From positions 5,825 to 69,824 of the forward strand of contig CAVRXA010000019.1 in the NCBI GenBank assembly GCA_963725075.1: DNA of 64,000 bases, given 5' to 3'. Each line of letters opens with the position of its first letter. The stretch's first letter is position 1. Below the pieces are notes generated by a model. That model was not told where the DNA came from and made no database searches. It worked only from the letters and a program-made list of their open reading frames with translations. Of the stretch, positions 47,333 to 57,014 are shown one piece after another. Source of the stretch: an uncultured Acidobacteriota bacterium. GTDB taxonomy: Bacteria; Actinomycetota; Acidimicrobiia; Spongiisociales; ZC4RG35. A program made the translations under genes and the position numbers.

Positions 47333-48100
47333 TCAGGACTCGGCCCGGTAGATCAGTCCCAGTCCGCCAGACGAAGTGAGGTTCAGCACCTGGCCATCGA
47401 CGGATGCGCGGAACCCGTCGCCGAGCACCGAGATCACCTGGCCGTCCTGAGTCTGGAGATCGGGCGGGCACTCGCCTTCGGCCGCCATTTCAGGCATCGT
47501 CACCTCCGCACCTGTCACCTCATAACGGCCGTGGAGGTCACGGCAGCCGGTCGAGCCGAGCATCGAGTTGTCGCTGAACAGCTCGAGGGTGGCCCGTTCG
47601 CCACCGACGCTCGAGACAGAGTCGTCGTCGACGAGGCTCTCCAGCACCCAGACCGTCCCGGTCAGGTCTGCCGTCGGAACGGGTGGGAGGGCCGCGAACA
47701 CAAGCTCGACACCGTCACCGGTGAGGGTGAGGTTTTCGTCGGTCATCGAAAACGTGTCCACAAGGAGGAGACCCTCCAAATACATCTGCTCTGATTCCAT
47801 CACCTCTTCGGGTGTGCACGCCATCGCTGTCCCGAACACCTCGGAGAAAGTGATTTGATCCCCTGCGATTTCATACATCCCCCCGTAGCCGTTGCAGGCA
47901 GCTGTCCCGCTGAAGCCCTCGTCGGTCAGTGAGAGTGTGATTGCAAACCCGTCGACGAGAGGGACGGGGTTGCCGTCCACCGTTCCCTCGGTCAGCTCCC
48001 ATGCGATGCCGGTCGGATCGCCACCCTGTTCAACTGGCGCGCCACAGCCGGCGATGAGGGCGATCAGACAGCCCAGGGCAGCGACGGGCCGGCTCCTCAT
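47333..48100 (-). CDS. META-domain (HslJ-like, DUF306) lipoprotein with two META repeats
   Basis: From MRSRPVAALGCLIALIAGCG (a lipobox), followed by two W-LxxxxxDG/GxAxCNxY META motifs. Coordinates come from the ORF-track frame. Confidence 0.55.
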   Translation of the reverse strand: MRSRPVAALGCLIALIAGCGAPVEQGGDPTGIAWELTEGTVDGNPVPLVDGFAITLSLTDEGFSGTAACNGYGGMYEIAGDQITFSEVFGTAMACTPEEVMESEQMYLEGLLLVDTFSMTDENLTLTGDGVELVFAALPPVPTADLTGTVWVLESLVDDDSVSSVGGERATLELFSDNSMLGSTGCRDLHGRYEVTGAEVTMPEMAAEGECPPDLQTQDGQVISVLGDGFRASVDGQVLNLTSSGGLGLIYRAES

Positions 48101-48111
48101 CGGCCCCGGAA

Positions 48112-48558
48112 TCAGGAGGTCGTGGTGGTGGCTGTCTCGTCGACCACGAAAAGGAGGTCCACCGCTTCGCCGGTCAGATTCAACTCGTCGCCCTCCAAGG
48201 TGAAGATCTCGACCAGGCCCATGGCATCGAGAAATGCCGCCTCCGATTCTGCGACCCCTTCGTCGACACAGGCCATCATGGTCCCGCCGATGTCGGTGAA
48301 GGTCAGCTCGTTCCCGGAAAGGGTGTAGCCCCCGAACCACTGGTTGCACGCCGACTTCCCACCTGCGGTCCCCTCTGGCTCGTCGAAGATCAGTGTGATC
48401 GGGAACCCCTCCACGATCGGGATGTCTGCGCCGTCGAGCGTGCCGGCCTCCAGGACCCAGGCGTTGGCGGTCGGATCGGATGCTCCCTCTTCGCCGGGGT
48501 CGGCGCAGGCAGTCAGGGCGATGGCAAGGACGGCAACAAGGACGATGGCTCTTCTCAT
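48112..48558 (-). CDS. META-domain (HslJ-like, DUF306) lipoprotein
   Basis: MRRAIVLVAVLAIALTAC is a lipobox, and SACNQWFGGYTLSGNELTF is a META motif. It is a paralog of the preceding gene. Confidence 0.55.
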   Translation of the reverse strand: MRRAIVLVAVLAIALTACADPGEEGASDPTANAWVLEAGTLDGADIPIVEGFPITLIFDEPEGTAGGKSACNQWFGGYTLSGNELTFTDIGGTMMACVDEGVAESEAAFLDAMGLVEIFTLEGDELNLTGEAVDLLFVVDETATTTTS

Positions 48559-48596
48559 GATCCTTCGACGCTACGCCAGCTCCGCAACGGTTCCGT

Positions 48597-49475
48597 TCAG
48601 ATCAGCACTCCGGCCGCGATCACCAACCCGGTCCAGAGGTGGAGACGGGCAGTCATCTTCAATGCTCGGATCAGAGCGGGGCCGTCGCTCTTGCGATAGA
48701 TGATGCGAACTGGGCCCATGGCGTAGGGGGCGATCAGGGCGGCGAAGACCGTGGGGAACGGGGTCCAGCGCAGCACGGCGAAGACGGCGATCAGGAAAAA
48801 GGAGCCGTAGACGAGCGTGACGAAGAGCGTCCTCGTCTTTTCGGGCCCAATGATCACGGCGAGTGTCCGTTTCCCTGCCGCCCGGTCGGTGTCGAGGTCG
48901 CGGTAGTTGTTCACCACGAGGATCGCCGCCGCCAGAAGACCGATCGGGATCGAGAGGAGCCATGCCGGGAGCGGGGCTGTCATGTCATATACGTACCGGC
49001 TGCCCACCGTGGCCACCACGCCGAAGAAGAGGAAGACGAACACCTCCCCGAACCCCCGGTACCCGTACGGGAACGGGCCACCCACATAGCCGAGCATCGC
49101 GATGACGGACACGACACCGATGACCAGGACCACCGGTCCCGCGATCACTGCGAGCGCGATACCCGCCCCGGCGGCGACCACCAGTGCGACCACCACTCCG
49201 ACCCACATCTGCCTCGCCGTGATCCGTCCCAGGGCAACCATCCTCGGCGGTCCCACCCGCTCACCGGTATCGGCGCCCCGGCGCGCATCGGAGACGTCGT
49301 TGGCGAAGTTGGCCGCCACCTGGATTGCCAGAGCGGCCATCAGGGCATAGAGGAACACGTCCCAACGAAACACACCATCTGACTGCGCCAGGGACGAGCC
49401 GACCACCACAGGCACCACGGCCGCCGGGAGAGTGTGGACGCGGGCTGCCGTCTTCCAGGCCTGGAATGTGGTCAC
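48597..49475 (-). CDS. menA: 1,4-dihydroxy-2-naphthoate polyprenyltransferase (UbiA superfamily)
   Basis: UbiA-type membrane prenyltransferase with an NDxxDxxxD motif. The start is uncertain: a Val/GTG near 49475 or the ORF Met at 49538. Confidence 0.65.
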   Translation of the reverse strand: MTTFQAWKTAARVHTLPAAVVPVVVGSSLAQSDGVFRWDVFLYALMAALAIQVAANFANDVSDARRGADTGERVGPPRMVALGRITARQMWVGVVVALVVAAGAGIALAVIAGPVVLVIGVVSVIAMLGYVGGPFPYGYRGFGEVFVFLFFGVVATVGSRYVYDMTAPLPAWLLSIPIGLLAAAILVVNNYRDLDTDRAAGKRTLAVIIGPEKTRTLFVTLVYGSFFLIAVFAVLRWTPFPTVFAALIAPYAMGPVRIIYRKSDGPALIRALKMTARLHLWTGLVIAAGVLI

Positions 49476-49479
49476 AGGG

Positions 49480-50426
49480 TCAGAAGTGCCAGGGATACTG
49501 ACCGAAATCTGGCTCCCGCTTCTCCAGGAAGGCGTCACGCCCTTCCCGGGCCTCGTCGGTCATATAGCCAAGACGGGTCGCCTCTCCGGCGAAGATCTGC
49601 TGGCCGACCAACCCGTCGTCGATCAGGTTGAAGGCGAACTTGAGCATGCGTTGGGCGGTGGGGCTCTTCGACATGACCTCCTGGGCCCATTCCAGAGCGA
49701 CCTTCTCCAACTCGGAATGGGGCACGACGGCGTTGACCATTCCCATCTCATACGCCTCCGTCGCCGAGTACTCGCGCCCGAGGAAGAAGACCTCCCGGGC
49801 TCGCTTCTGGCCGATCTGCCGGGCCAGATAGGCAGAGCCGTACCCGGCGTCGTAGGAGGCGACATCGGCATCGGTCTGCTTGAAGATGGCGTGCTCCTCA
49901 GAGGCGAGGGTCAGATCGCAGACGACGTGGAGTGAGTGACCGCCTCCGACGGCCCATCCCGGTACGACGGCGATCACGATCTTGGGCATGAACCTGATGA
50001 GACGCTGCACTTCGAGGATGTGGAGGCGGCCCAGCCGGCCAGGATCCACCGTGTCGTTTCCATCCCCGTCGGCGTACTTGTAGCCGTCACGCCCCCTGAT
50101 CCTCTGGTCGCCACCCGAACAAAACGCCCACCCCCGTCCTTGGGAGACGGACCGTTCCCGGTGAGGAGGACACACCCGACGTTGGTGGACTGGCGAGCAT
50201 GATCGAGGGCGGCGAACAACTCATCGACAGTGTGCGGTCGGAATGCATTGCGCACTTCGGGTCGATCGAAGGCGATCCGAACCACACCGTGCCCGATCGC
50301 CTTGTGATACGTGATGTCGGAGAACTCGAATCCCGGCACCTGATCCCATGATGATTCGTCGAACAGAGCGGAGATCACCGGCGGAGGATAAGAGGCAGAA
50401 TCGTCGTGTGAAGATTCGCGGCGCAT
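49480..50426 (-). pseudogene. menB: 1,4-dihydroxy-2-naphthoyl-CoA synthase. Frameshift near 50085-50110.
   Basis: The N-terminal half is in ORF 49974..50744: ...FSDITYHKAIGHGVVRIAFDRPEVRNAF...LLTGNGPSPKDGG. The C-terminal half is in ORF 49480..50175: WAFCSGGDQRIRG...VPGWAVGGGHSLHVVCDLT.... Together they form a crotonase fold with MenB signatures. Confidence 0.8.
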
Positions 50427-51615
50427 GCTCGACTGGCTGAGACGACACGACCCGGCGCGGGTGTTCCTACAGACCCCCAATGACACACTGACGTTTGGGG
50501 AGATCGCTGATGCCGTGAAGGACCGCCCGGTGGCTGGGGTCGAGGTGGTGCGCCCCGGTCTCGATATCCAATCGGTCATAGACCTACTGGCAGTGATGTC
50601 CAAGGGGTCGGCGGTCGTCACGGGCGCGGTTGAATCGGCCACCATCGACCCCGCCGATGCCGCCTCGGTGCTCTTCACCTCGGGGACCTCGGGCGGGCGC
50701 AAGGGTGTGCGCCTCACGATCGACAACTGGGAGGCAGCCGCCAAGGCCTCGATGCAGCATCTGGGTCATGGGTCAGACGACACCTGGCTCCTCGCCCTGC
50801 CCCTCCATCACGTGGCCGGGCTATCGATCCTCGTCAGGTCGGCCTACTCGGGTGGAACAGTCCGCATGCTCCCCGGGTTTGACCCCGCCACCTTTGCCGC
50901 CCATCTCCGGCGGGGCGCGACCGTCGCTTCGATGGTGCCGACCATGATGAGCCGGGTCCTCGACGTCGACCCGGGGCCCTATGACGGCCTCAGGGCGGTC
51001 CTGCTCGGGGGCGGGCCGATCCCGGATCGCGTCCTGGATCGAGCGGGTGCAGCGGGGCTCCCGGTGCTTCCAACCTACGGCCTCACCGAGACCGCGGGTC
51101 AGGTGGCGACGCTCAGACCGGGAGCGCCTCTCGAGAACAAGGCTCATCCGTTGCCCGGAGTCATCCTGCGGATCGAGCCCGACGACCGGATCGCGGTCCG
51201 CGGCCCGATGCTGAGCCCTGGCTACGTCGGGGAGCCTGATCGAGGCGCGGAGGACTGGCTCGTGACCGGGGACCTGGGCATGATCGATGGCGACGGCGCG
51301 CTTCGGGTGACAGGGCGCGCCGACACGATCATCGTCAGCGGTGGTGAGAACATCGACCCGGCTCTGGTGGAGGCGGCACTGGTCCAGCTGGGCGATGTCG
51401 ATGAGGCCCTGGTGGCCGGCGTGGCCAGTGAGGAGTGGGGGATGGAGGCGGTCTGTCTCTATGTGGGACAGGCGAATCCGGCCCGAGTCGAAGCCGCATT
51501 GAGGCAGATGCTGCCCAGCTTCATGATCCCCAAGCGCTGGCAGCAGGTCGCCGAGCTTCCCATGACACCGATGGGAAAACCCGATCGGCACGGTGCAGCC
51601 CGGCTGTTCAGCTGA
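50425..51615 (+). CDS. menE: o-Succinylbenzoate--CoA ligase (short-form adenylate-forming enzyme)
   Basis: AMP-binding motifs TSGTSGGRKG and PTYGLTETAG, about 396 aa, within a men cluster. Confidence 0.6.
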   Translation: MLDWLRRHDPARVFLQTPNDTLTFGEIADAVKDRPVAGVEVVRPGLDIQSVIDLLAVMSKGSAVVTGAVESATIDPADAASVLFTSGTSGGRKGVRLTIDNWEAAAKASMQHLGHGSDDTWLLALPLHHVAGLSILVRSAYSGGTVRMLPGFDPATFAAHLRRGATVASMVPTMMSRVLDVDPGPYDGLRAVLLGGGPIPDRVLDRAGAAGLPVLPTYGLTETAGQVATLRPGAPLENKAHPLPGVILRIEPDDRIAVRGPMLSPGYVGEPDRGAEDWLVTGDLGMIDGDGALRVTGRADTIIVSGGENIDPALVEAALVQLGDVDEALVAGVASEEWGMEAVCLYVGQANPARVEAALRQMLPSFMIPKRWQQVAELPMTPMGKPDRHGAARLFS

Positions 51616-52261
51616 TCCGTCGGGCGACGAGGACGCCTTCGCGGAACGGGAAGGCCGCTGCCTCGAACTCGGGATCGGCGGCGATATGACGGTTGAACTC
51701 GTCGGTGCCGTAACCCTGGTCGATCCACCCGGTGCCGATGCCGTAGACGTTGTCGGCGATGACCAGCCCGCCAACGGCGAGCAGGGGCCGAGCACTCTCG
51801 AAGTAGGCGATGTACTCCGGCTTGTGGGCGTCGATGAACAGCAGGTCCACGCTTCCTGGCTCCAGCTCCTGGCTCAAGTCGGACAAGCACACCCAGGCCG
51901 GCGCCCACGTCTGAGCTCGACCCGCTCTGTCGAGACCGGCGCGCTCGAACTGTCGTTGGGCGAAATCGGCGTGCCGCGCCTCGTACTCGATTGTGATGAG
52001 CCGGCCATCGGGAGCCAGCCCGCGGGTGATCCAGATCCCGGAGTACCCGGCCAGGGTCCCGACCTCGATGGCGAGCCTGCCCCGCGTCATCGAGGTGAGG
52101 ATCATGAGCAATCGGCCGACGTCGGGCCCCACCGCGATGGCGGGCAGGCCGGCGGCGATCGCCTCATCCATCAGCCCTGCCAGATGCTCGTCCTGGTCGC
52201 CGAACACTTCCCGGGAGTAGTCGTTGATGAAGTCCCAGGTCTCAGGGGTCATCTCTGCCAT
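51608..52261 (-). CDS. Class I SAM-dependent O-methyltransferase (caffeoyl-CoA OMT-like)
   Basis: Methyltransf_3/24-like: LAIEVGTLAGYSGIWI...LLFIDAHKPEY. Confidence 0.65.
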   Translation of the reverse strand: MAEMTPETWDFINDYSREVFGDQDEHLAGLMDEAIAAGLPAIAVGPDVGRLLMILTSMTRGRLAIEVGTLAGYSGIWITRGLAPDGRLITIEYEARHADFAQRQFERAGLDRAGRAQTWAPAWVCLSDLSQELEPGSVDLLFIDAHKPEYIAYFESARPLLAVGGLVIADNVYGIGTGWIDQGYGTDEFNRHIAADPEFEAAAFPFREGVLVARRIS

Positions 52262-52306
52262 GGCGCGACGTTAGGTCGGATGGACGACGGCCAAATCGGC
52301 CTCGGG

Positions 52307-53293
52307 TCAGGCGGCGACCATGTCCTCGACGGCCCGGAGATCGGTGGCGAGCAGGACGAGAGCCTCGGCCACGAGCTCACGCACTTCGGCCTCCGGCACA
52401 CCGGTGATGTTCGAAACCGTCGAGAAGGCGGCGGGAACACCGTCTCCGAAGCCGAACCTGAGCTCGAGCACCTGCCGATGCAGATCGGGGAGGTGGGCCA
52501 GGCTCTGGCGCAGCCGCTCCTCCACGATTCGCTGCTCGACCTCGGTGGACGGGTCGACAGCGTCGGTGTCGGCGATGAAGTCGCCTAGAAGCGCCCCGTC
52601 TTCACCGATGGGGGACTCGAGGGCGACCGTGGTGGCAACCGACAGGGCCTTGTCGACATCACCGACGGCGATCCCGGTGATGTCGGCGATCTCCTCGTTG
52701 GTCGGTGCCCGGTCCAGCTTTGACCGCAGATCTTCGGCGGCGCCGCGGACGACCGGAAGGATGTCGAACAGGGCCGAGGGGATGCGGATGGCGTCGCTCT
52801 GATCGGCCCGGGCACGCTGGAGTGCCTGGCGTATCCACCAGGTTGCGTACGTGGAGAACTTGAACCCCTTGCGCCAGTCGAACTTCTCCACGGCCCGAAT
52901 CAGGCCGAGATTCCCCTCCTGGATCAGGTCGAGCATGTCCAACTTGGCTCCGGAGTAGAGACGGGCGTTGGACACGACGAGACGGAGGTTGGCCTGGATG
53001 AAGTCCTGGCGAGCGTTCTGCCCGTCACGCGACACACGCTCGAGCCGCGACCTCTCCTTCGTGTCGGCGACACCTTTGTCGAGGGCGAGGCGCGCCTCGG
53101 CGCCGGCTTCCATGGCCTGGGCGAGCCGGACCTCGTCTTCAGCGGTGAGCAAGGGTCGCCCACCGATCCCCGCCAGATACTGGCTCAGGGAGTCACTGGT
53201 GAGACGTCCGGTCTCGTCGACCAGCGTCGCGTTTTCTGTTTTCACACGATCTCTCTGATTCTGCACAATCACTCGAACATCAGTTCGCAGCAA
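52307..53293 (-). CDS. RNA polymerase sigma-70 family factor (group 1/2-like)
   Basis: Regions 2-4 are present: FIQANLRLVVSNARLY, GNLGLIRAVEKFDWRKGFKFSTYATWWIRQA and an HTH in region 4. Confidence 0.8.
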   Translation of the reverse strand: MLRTDVRVIVQNQRDRVKTENATLVDETGRLTSDSLSQYLAGIGGRPLLTAEDEVRLAQAMEAGAEARLALDKGVADTKERSRLERVSRDGQNARQDFIQANLRLVVSNARLYSGAKLDMLDLIQEGNLGLIRAVEKFDWRKGFKFSTYATWWIRQALQRARADQSDAIRIPSALFDILPVVRGAAEDLRSKLDRAPTNEEIADITGIAVGDVDKALSVATTVALESPIGEDGALLGDFIADTDAVDPSTEVEQRIVEERLRQSLAHLPDLHRQVLELRFGFGDGVPAAFSTVSNITGVPEAEVRELVAEALVLLATDLRAVEDMVAA

Positions 53294-53320
53294 GACATTC
53301 CGGGCCGTTTACTCCGGGCG

Positions 53321-53728
53321 TCAATCGGCGTCGGGAGGCCGACGGCCCTTCTTGATGGCCGACCTCGACCTCTTCTCGGCGAGCCGGCGTTCCTTCGATT
53401 GTGGCGATGGCTTGGTCTTCTTTCTCTGCTTGGGCTGGATCAATGCCCGTTCGATCCGCTCGGTGAGACGCTCACGGGCGATCTCGCGGTTCCGCCATTG
53501 TGACCGGGTGTCCGACGCCGTCACCTCCACTTGATCTCCCAGTCGGCGGCCGAGGCGCTCTTTGATCTCGTCCGGTAACGACGATGCGGCGATGTCGAGG
53601 CGAAGGGTGACCGCTGTCTCGTTCTTGTTGGCGTGCTGACCGCCAGGGCCACCCGAGGTATCGAATCGCTCCTCGATCTCGGACTCGGGGATCAGCCAGG
53701 ATCCGACGGTGATCCCGCGAGTGGTCAC
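53321..53728 (-). CDS. arfB: Alternative ribosome-rescue factor ArfB (peptidyl-tRNA hydrolase, GGQ motif)
   Basis: From a GTG overlapping the ino1 stop: VTTRGITVGSWLIPESEIEERFDTSGGPGGQHANKNETAV..., with a basic C-terminal tail. The rest of the 682-aa ORF is antisense junk. Confidence 0.75.
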   Translation of the reverse strand: MTTRGITVGSWLIPESEIEERFDTSGGPGGQHANKNETAVTLRLDIAASSLPDEIKERLGRRLGDQVEVTASDTRSQWRNREIARERLTERIERALIQPKQRKKTKPSPQSKERRLAEKRSRSAIKKGRRPPDAD

Positions 53729-55047
53729 CCCTCTTCGTAGTACTCGGTGCCGAGGTGGGTGATCAGCTCCTCGCCCATCATGTGCCTCAGGTTGTTCTTG
53801 AGCTTGGTGTGCTGGATGAAGAGGTCGTTCTCGGCGTAGAGGCCGGGGGCCGCCTGAGGGCTCTTGAAATAGAAGGAGAGCCACTCCTGGACCCCGTTGC
53901 GTCCGGCGCGAGCCGCCAGATCCATGAGCAAGGCGAGGTCGAGGACGATGGGGGCGGCCAGGATCGAGTCCTTGCACAGAAAATCGATCTTTATCTGCAT
54001 CGGGTAGCCGAGCCACCCGAAGATGTCGATGTTGTCCCACCCTTCCTTGTCGTCGCCCTTCGGCGGGTAGTAGTTGATCCTCACCTTGTGGTACAGGTCG
54101 CCATACAGCTCCGGGTAGACCTCGGGTTGGAGGATCTGCTCGAGGACTCCGAGCTTGGAGACCTCTTTGGAGCGGAAGCTGTCCGGATCGTCGAGCACCT
54201 CCCCGTCTCGGTTGCCGAGGATGTTGGTGGAGAACCATCCTTTGATCCCCAGCATCCGGACCTTGAGCCCTGGCGCCACCATCGTCTTCATCAGCGTCTG
54301 GCCCGTCTTGAAGTCCTTGCCCGAGATGGGGACCCCTTCCTGGGCGGCGAGCTCGACCATGGCGGGGATGTCCACCGTGAGATTGGGCGCCCCGTTGGCG
54401 AACGGGACCTTCATCTTCAGGGCAGCGTAGGCGTAGATCTGGGAAGGGCTGATGGCAGGGTCGTTGTCCTTGAGGCCCCGCTCGAATGTCTGAAGGTCGG
54501 AGTGGACCTCGGACGGCTCCTCGTAGGCCTCGGTCGACCCGCACCAGACCATCACCAGGCGATCCACGCCCCTCTCGCCGCGGAAGCGGTCGATGTCCTC
54601 CATGAGGCCTTCGGCGAGGTCCATGTGGGTGGCTGCATCCTTCACCTGGTCGACACCGTCCAGGTTCTTCACCCACCGGTTGGAGAAGACCGCCGGGTAC
54701 GGCTTGACCGATCGCAACTCGTCGCCAATGCCTTCGATGTCCCTCGGGTCGAGGACGCCTGCTTTCATCGCCGAGGTATAGGCGTCGTCGGAATAAGGAT
54801 CCCACCCGCCGAATTCGAGATCGTCGAGCCCGGCGAGAGGCACGAAGTCCTTGATGAGCGGGTTCCGCCCGTCGGTTCTCTTGCCGAGGCGTATGTGCGA
54901 CATCTGGGTGAGTGAGCCAAACGGGTGGGCATACCCCTTCCGGGCGGCGAGAACGCCCGCAATGAACGTGGTGGCCACGGCGCCCATCCCGGGGGTGAGG
55001 ATCCCGAGCTTCCCGGTTGCCGGGGCGGGCTGCTGACTTGGGGACAT
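53725..55047 (-). CDS. ino1: Inositol-3-phosphate synthase (myo-inositol-1-phosphate synthase)
   Basis: 440 aa. The NAD-binding N-domain and catalytic-domain pattern resemble bacterial/archaeal MIPS. This is a family-level recall. Confidence 0.6.
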   Translation of the reverse strand: MSPSQQPAPATGKLGILTPGMGAVATTFIAGVLAARKGYAHPFGSLTQMSHIRLGKRTDGRNPLIKDFVPLAGLDDLEFGGWDPYSDDAYTSAMKAGVLDPRDIEGIGDELRSVKPYPAVFSNRWVKNLDGVDQVKDAATHMDLAEGLMEDIDRFRGERGVDRLVMVWCGSTEAYEEPSEVHSDLQTFERGLKDNDPAISPSQIYAYAALKMKVPFANGAPNLTVDIPAMVELAAQEGVPISGKDFKTGQTLMKTMVAPGLKVRMLGIKGWFSTNILGNRDGEVLDDPDSFRSKEVSKLGVLEQILQPEVYPELYGDLYHKVRINYYPPKGDDKEGWDNIDIFGWLGYPMQIKIDFLCKDSILAAPIVLDLALLMDLAARAGRNGVQEWLSFYFKSPQAAPGLYAENDLFIQHTKLKNNLRHMMGEELITHLGTEYYEEG

Positions 55048-55118
55048 GAAACCTCCTGCCCGAAACGATAGGGGAGAGGGGTGTCGGAACCGAACCCCGG
55101 CCGCAATAAGGTTCCGGC

Positions 55119-55574
55119 ATGGATCGCGCCCCCGATTCGATCGGCCCGACCATCGATGTGGCGATGCTGGCCGACGCGGTGCAGGCGGTGCGGGGAAAGC
55201 TCTTCGTGCTCGGTGGGGGCTGGGACACGCTGTGGGTCAGGTCGTTCCCGGCCCGCCACCCGAGCATGGCCATCGGGCTCCGACTCCGGGTCCCCACATC
55301 ATGGAGAGAGGACGTGCTCGACCTGTCGGTCGAGTTGCAGGACGCCGACGGAGCGCCGTTGCTTTCCAAGCCGCTCTCTCATCAGGTCAAACTGCCGATA
55401 CAGCGCCAACTGCCGTCGCCCACCGACTTCGGTGTCGTCCGTTCGTTCACGTTCAACAACCTGCTCTTCGGGCGCGAGGGCTCTTACTCGTTCGTGATAT
55501 CTGTCGACGGGGACCCGTTGTCACGTCTCCGCTTCAGTGTCCGGGCCAGACCCACCGAGCAAGGCTCCGGTTGA
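55119..55574 (+). CDS. Hypothetical protein of 151 aa
   Basis: ORF with plausible composition, followed by two hairpins including a canonical intrinsic terminator. Confidence 0.45.
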   Translation: MDRAPDSIGPTIDVAMLADAVQAVRGKLFVLGGGWDTLWVRSFPARHPSMAIGLRLRVPTSWREDVLDLSVELQDADGAPLLSKPLSHQVKLPIQRQLPSPTDFGVVRSFTFNNLLFGREGSYSFVISVDGDPLSRLRFSVRARPTEQGSG

Positions 55575-55678
55575 GCTCGTAAGGACAACCTTGCCGCCGT
55601 GCGCGCTGCGCGCGCACTTGTCACTCTCCGCGCGGAGTTGGTGTAGCGATCGGGCCCCTCATAGGGTTCCACGGCTGC

Positions 55679-55710
55679 GAGGGACCCAGGAAAGTCCCTC
55701 GTTTTGTTTT
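55679..55710 (+). terminator. Intrinsic terminator: GAGGGAC-ccaggaaa-GTCCCTC followed by GTTTTGTTTT
   Basis: 7-bp stem plus a T-tract, about 105 nt after the stop of 55119..55574. An additional GC hairpin GTGCGCGC-tgc-GCGCGCAC lies at 55599-55617. Confidence 0.65.
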
Positions 55711-55732
55711 CCCCAATTTGCTAGGAGATTCA

Positions 55733-56359
55733 ATGACGTCCCGAGGAAAGGTCACGCCCTTTCTGACCCTGACGCTAACGGCACTGTTCGTCGTGGGCGC
55801 CATGGTCCCTGCAACCCCGGCCGAGGCCGCCGACAACCCCCCCTTCGTCCTCGACTTCCCTCAGGACGCCCCATCGACAGTCTTCTCGTCGACCTACGGT
55901 GCCTCCAGGTCGGGTGGTCGTCATCATCAGGGCAACGATCTGATGGCCCCCAAGCTGACACATGTCTATGCGGCGGCGGCAGGGATCGTCACGGTGATCG
56001 ACACACACGGCAGCGCCGGCAGGTACATCGAGATCCAGCATCAGGCGGGATGGGCGACCCGCTATCTCCACCTCAACAACGATGATCCGGGCACGGACAA
56101 TGGGCAGGCAGACTGGTCGCTGACCCTGGTCCCGGGCCTGGTCGTGGGAAGTCATGTCGAGGCCGGTCAGCACATCGGTTACGTCGGTGACTCCGGGAAC
56201 GCCGAGTGGACAGGGTCCCACACCCATTTCGAGCTCGCCCACGACGGAGGGGAGGTCGATCCGTACCCCATCCTCAAGGACGCCTACGAGCGTGCCATGG
56301 CCTTGCGGGTCGCGATGGCCCATTGGGGGGTTCGTTACGGAGACGCCAAGCTGTCCTGA
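55733..56359 (+). CDS. M23 family metallopeptidase (LytM-like), secreted
   Basis: Signal peptide, then HxxxD (HHQGNDL) and the HTHFE motif. Confidence 0.75.
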   Translation: MTSRGKVTPFLTLTLTALFVVGAMVPATPAEAADNPPFVLDFPQDAPSTVFSSTYGASRSGGRHHQGNDLMAPKLTHVYAAAAGIVTVIDTHGSAGRYIEIQHQAGWATRYLHLNNDDPGTDNGQADWSLTLVPGLVVGSHVEAGQHIGYVGDSGNAEWTGSHTHFELAHDGGEVDPYPILKDAYERAMALRVAMAHWGVRYGDAKLS

Positions 56360-56425
56360 CCGAATCAGGCCGGAGTTGCGGCCATCGTCGCTCTTCTCGG
56401 CGATCCTCCCCAAAGATCGCTTCAA

Positions 56426-56869
56426 TCAGTAGGGGAGGAAACGGGCGTTGTCGAGGGCGGCCACCTCGGCGACGAGGTCGGGGTGATCGGGGGAAACCGT
56501 CCGCACCTCCCTCACCCGGACCGGTGGTGGCTCTCCATCGTGGACCCAGATGACCCGGGTGACACCTGAGGCGGCTGCGGCTGCAGCCCAGCCTTCGAGC
56601 ACCTGCCCTGCGGTCGTGGCGAAGGAGCGCTCTCGCCCGTCGAGTGCCGCCTCCGTGATCAACACTGCCGTGAAGCAATTTGTGCAGGCGCCCTGGACAT
56701 GGCTGTCGTCTGACACGTCCCCCAAAGCGACCTTGACCCCCAGCTCCCTCAGCTCGGCACCGGCATTCGGGTCCGAGACGAAGGCACGCACCTCCCGCCC
56801 CGGCTCCACCAATCCTTCTATGACCGCCCTTCCCTTCGGGGTGTCGGCGCCAACGACAATCACCGGCAT
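56426..56869 (-). CDS. NAD(P)H-binding (NmrA-like/atypical SDR) protein, short
   Basis: Rossmann N-terminus MPVIVVGADTPKGRAVIEGL. Only 147 aa. Confidence 0.45.
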   Translation of the reverse strand: MPVIVVGADTPKGRAVIEGLVEPGREVRAFVSDPNAGAELRELGVKVALGDVSDDSHVQGACTNCFTAVLITEAALDGRERSFATTAGQVLEGWAAAAAASGVTRVIWVHDGEPPPVRVREVRTVSPDHPDLVAEVAALDNARFLPY

Positions 56870-57014
56870 GCCCCGAACCTAATGTTTGGCGTCAGCTGAC
56901 CTGGTTTCGCCAGTCATACCCATCCGGTACAATCGCACTACCGGGATAGTGGAAATTCGAGACCCCCTACTCCCGTTCACATAAGAGGCCTGTAGAAGCG
57001 AATTATCGAGGTGA

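Noticed and set aside
53755-54915. 386-aa plus-strand ORF, and the N-terminal 540 aa of the 682-aa minus ORF 53321..55369
   Set aside because: Both overlap the well-supported ino1 gene in other frames and are G/R/P/D-rich junk. Only the last about 135 codons of the 682-aa ORF (arfB) are real.
10700-56438. Recurrence of the CCTCCCC...GGGGAGG inverted repeat at 10700-10717 and 56405-56438
   Set aside because: A 7-mer GC-rich arm recurring twice in 64 kb of 68 % GC DNA is compatible with chance. The second copy has a 20-nt loop, making a stable hairpin doubtful.
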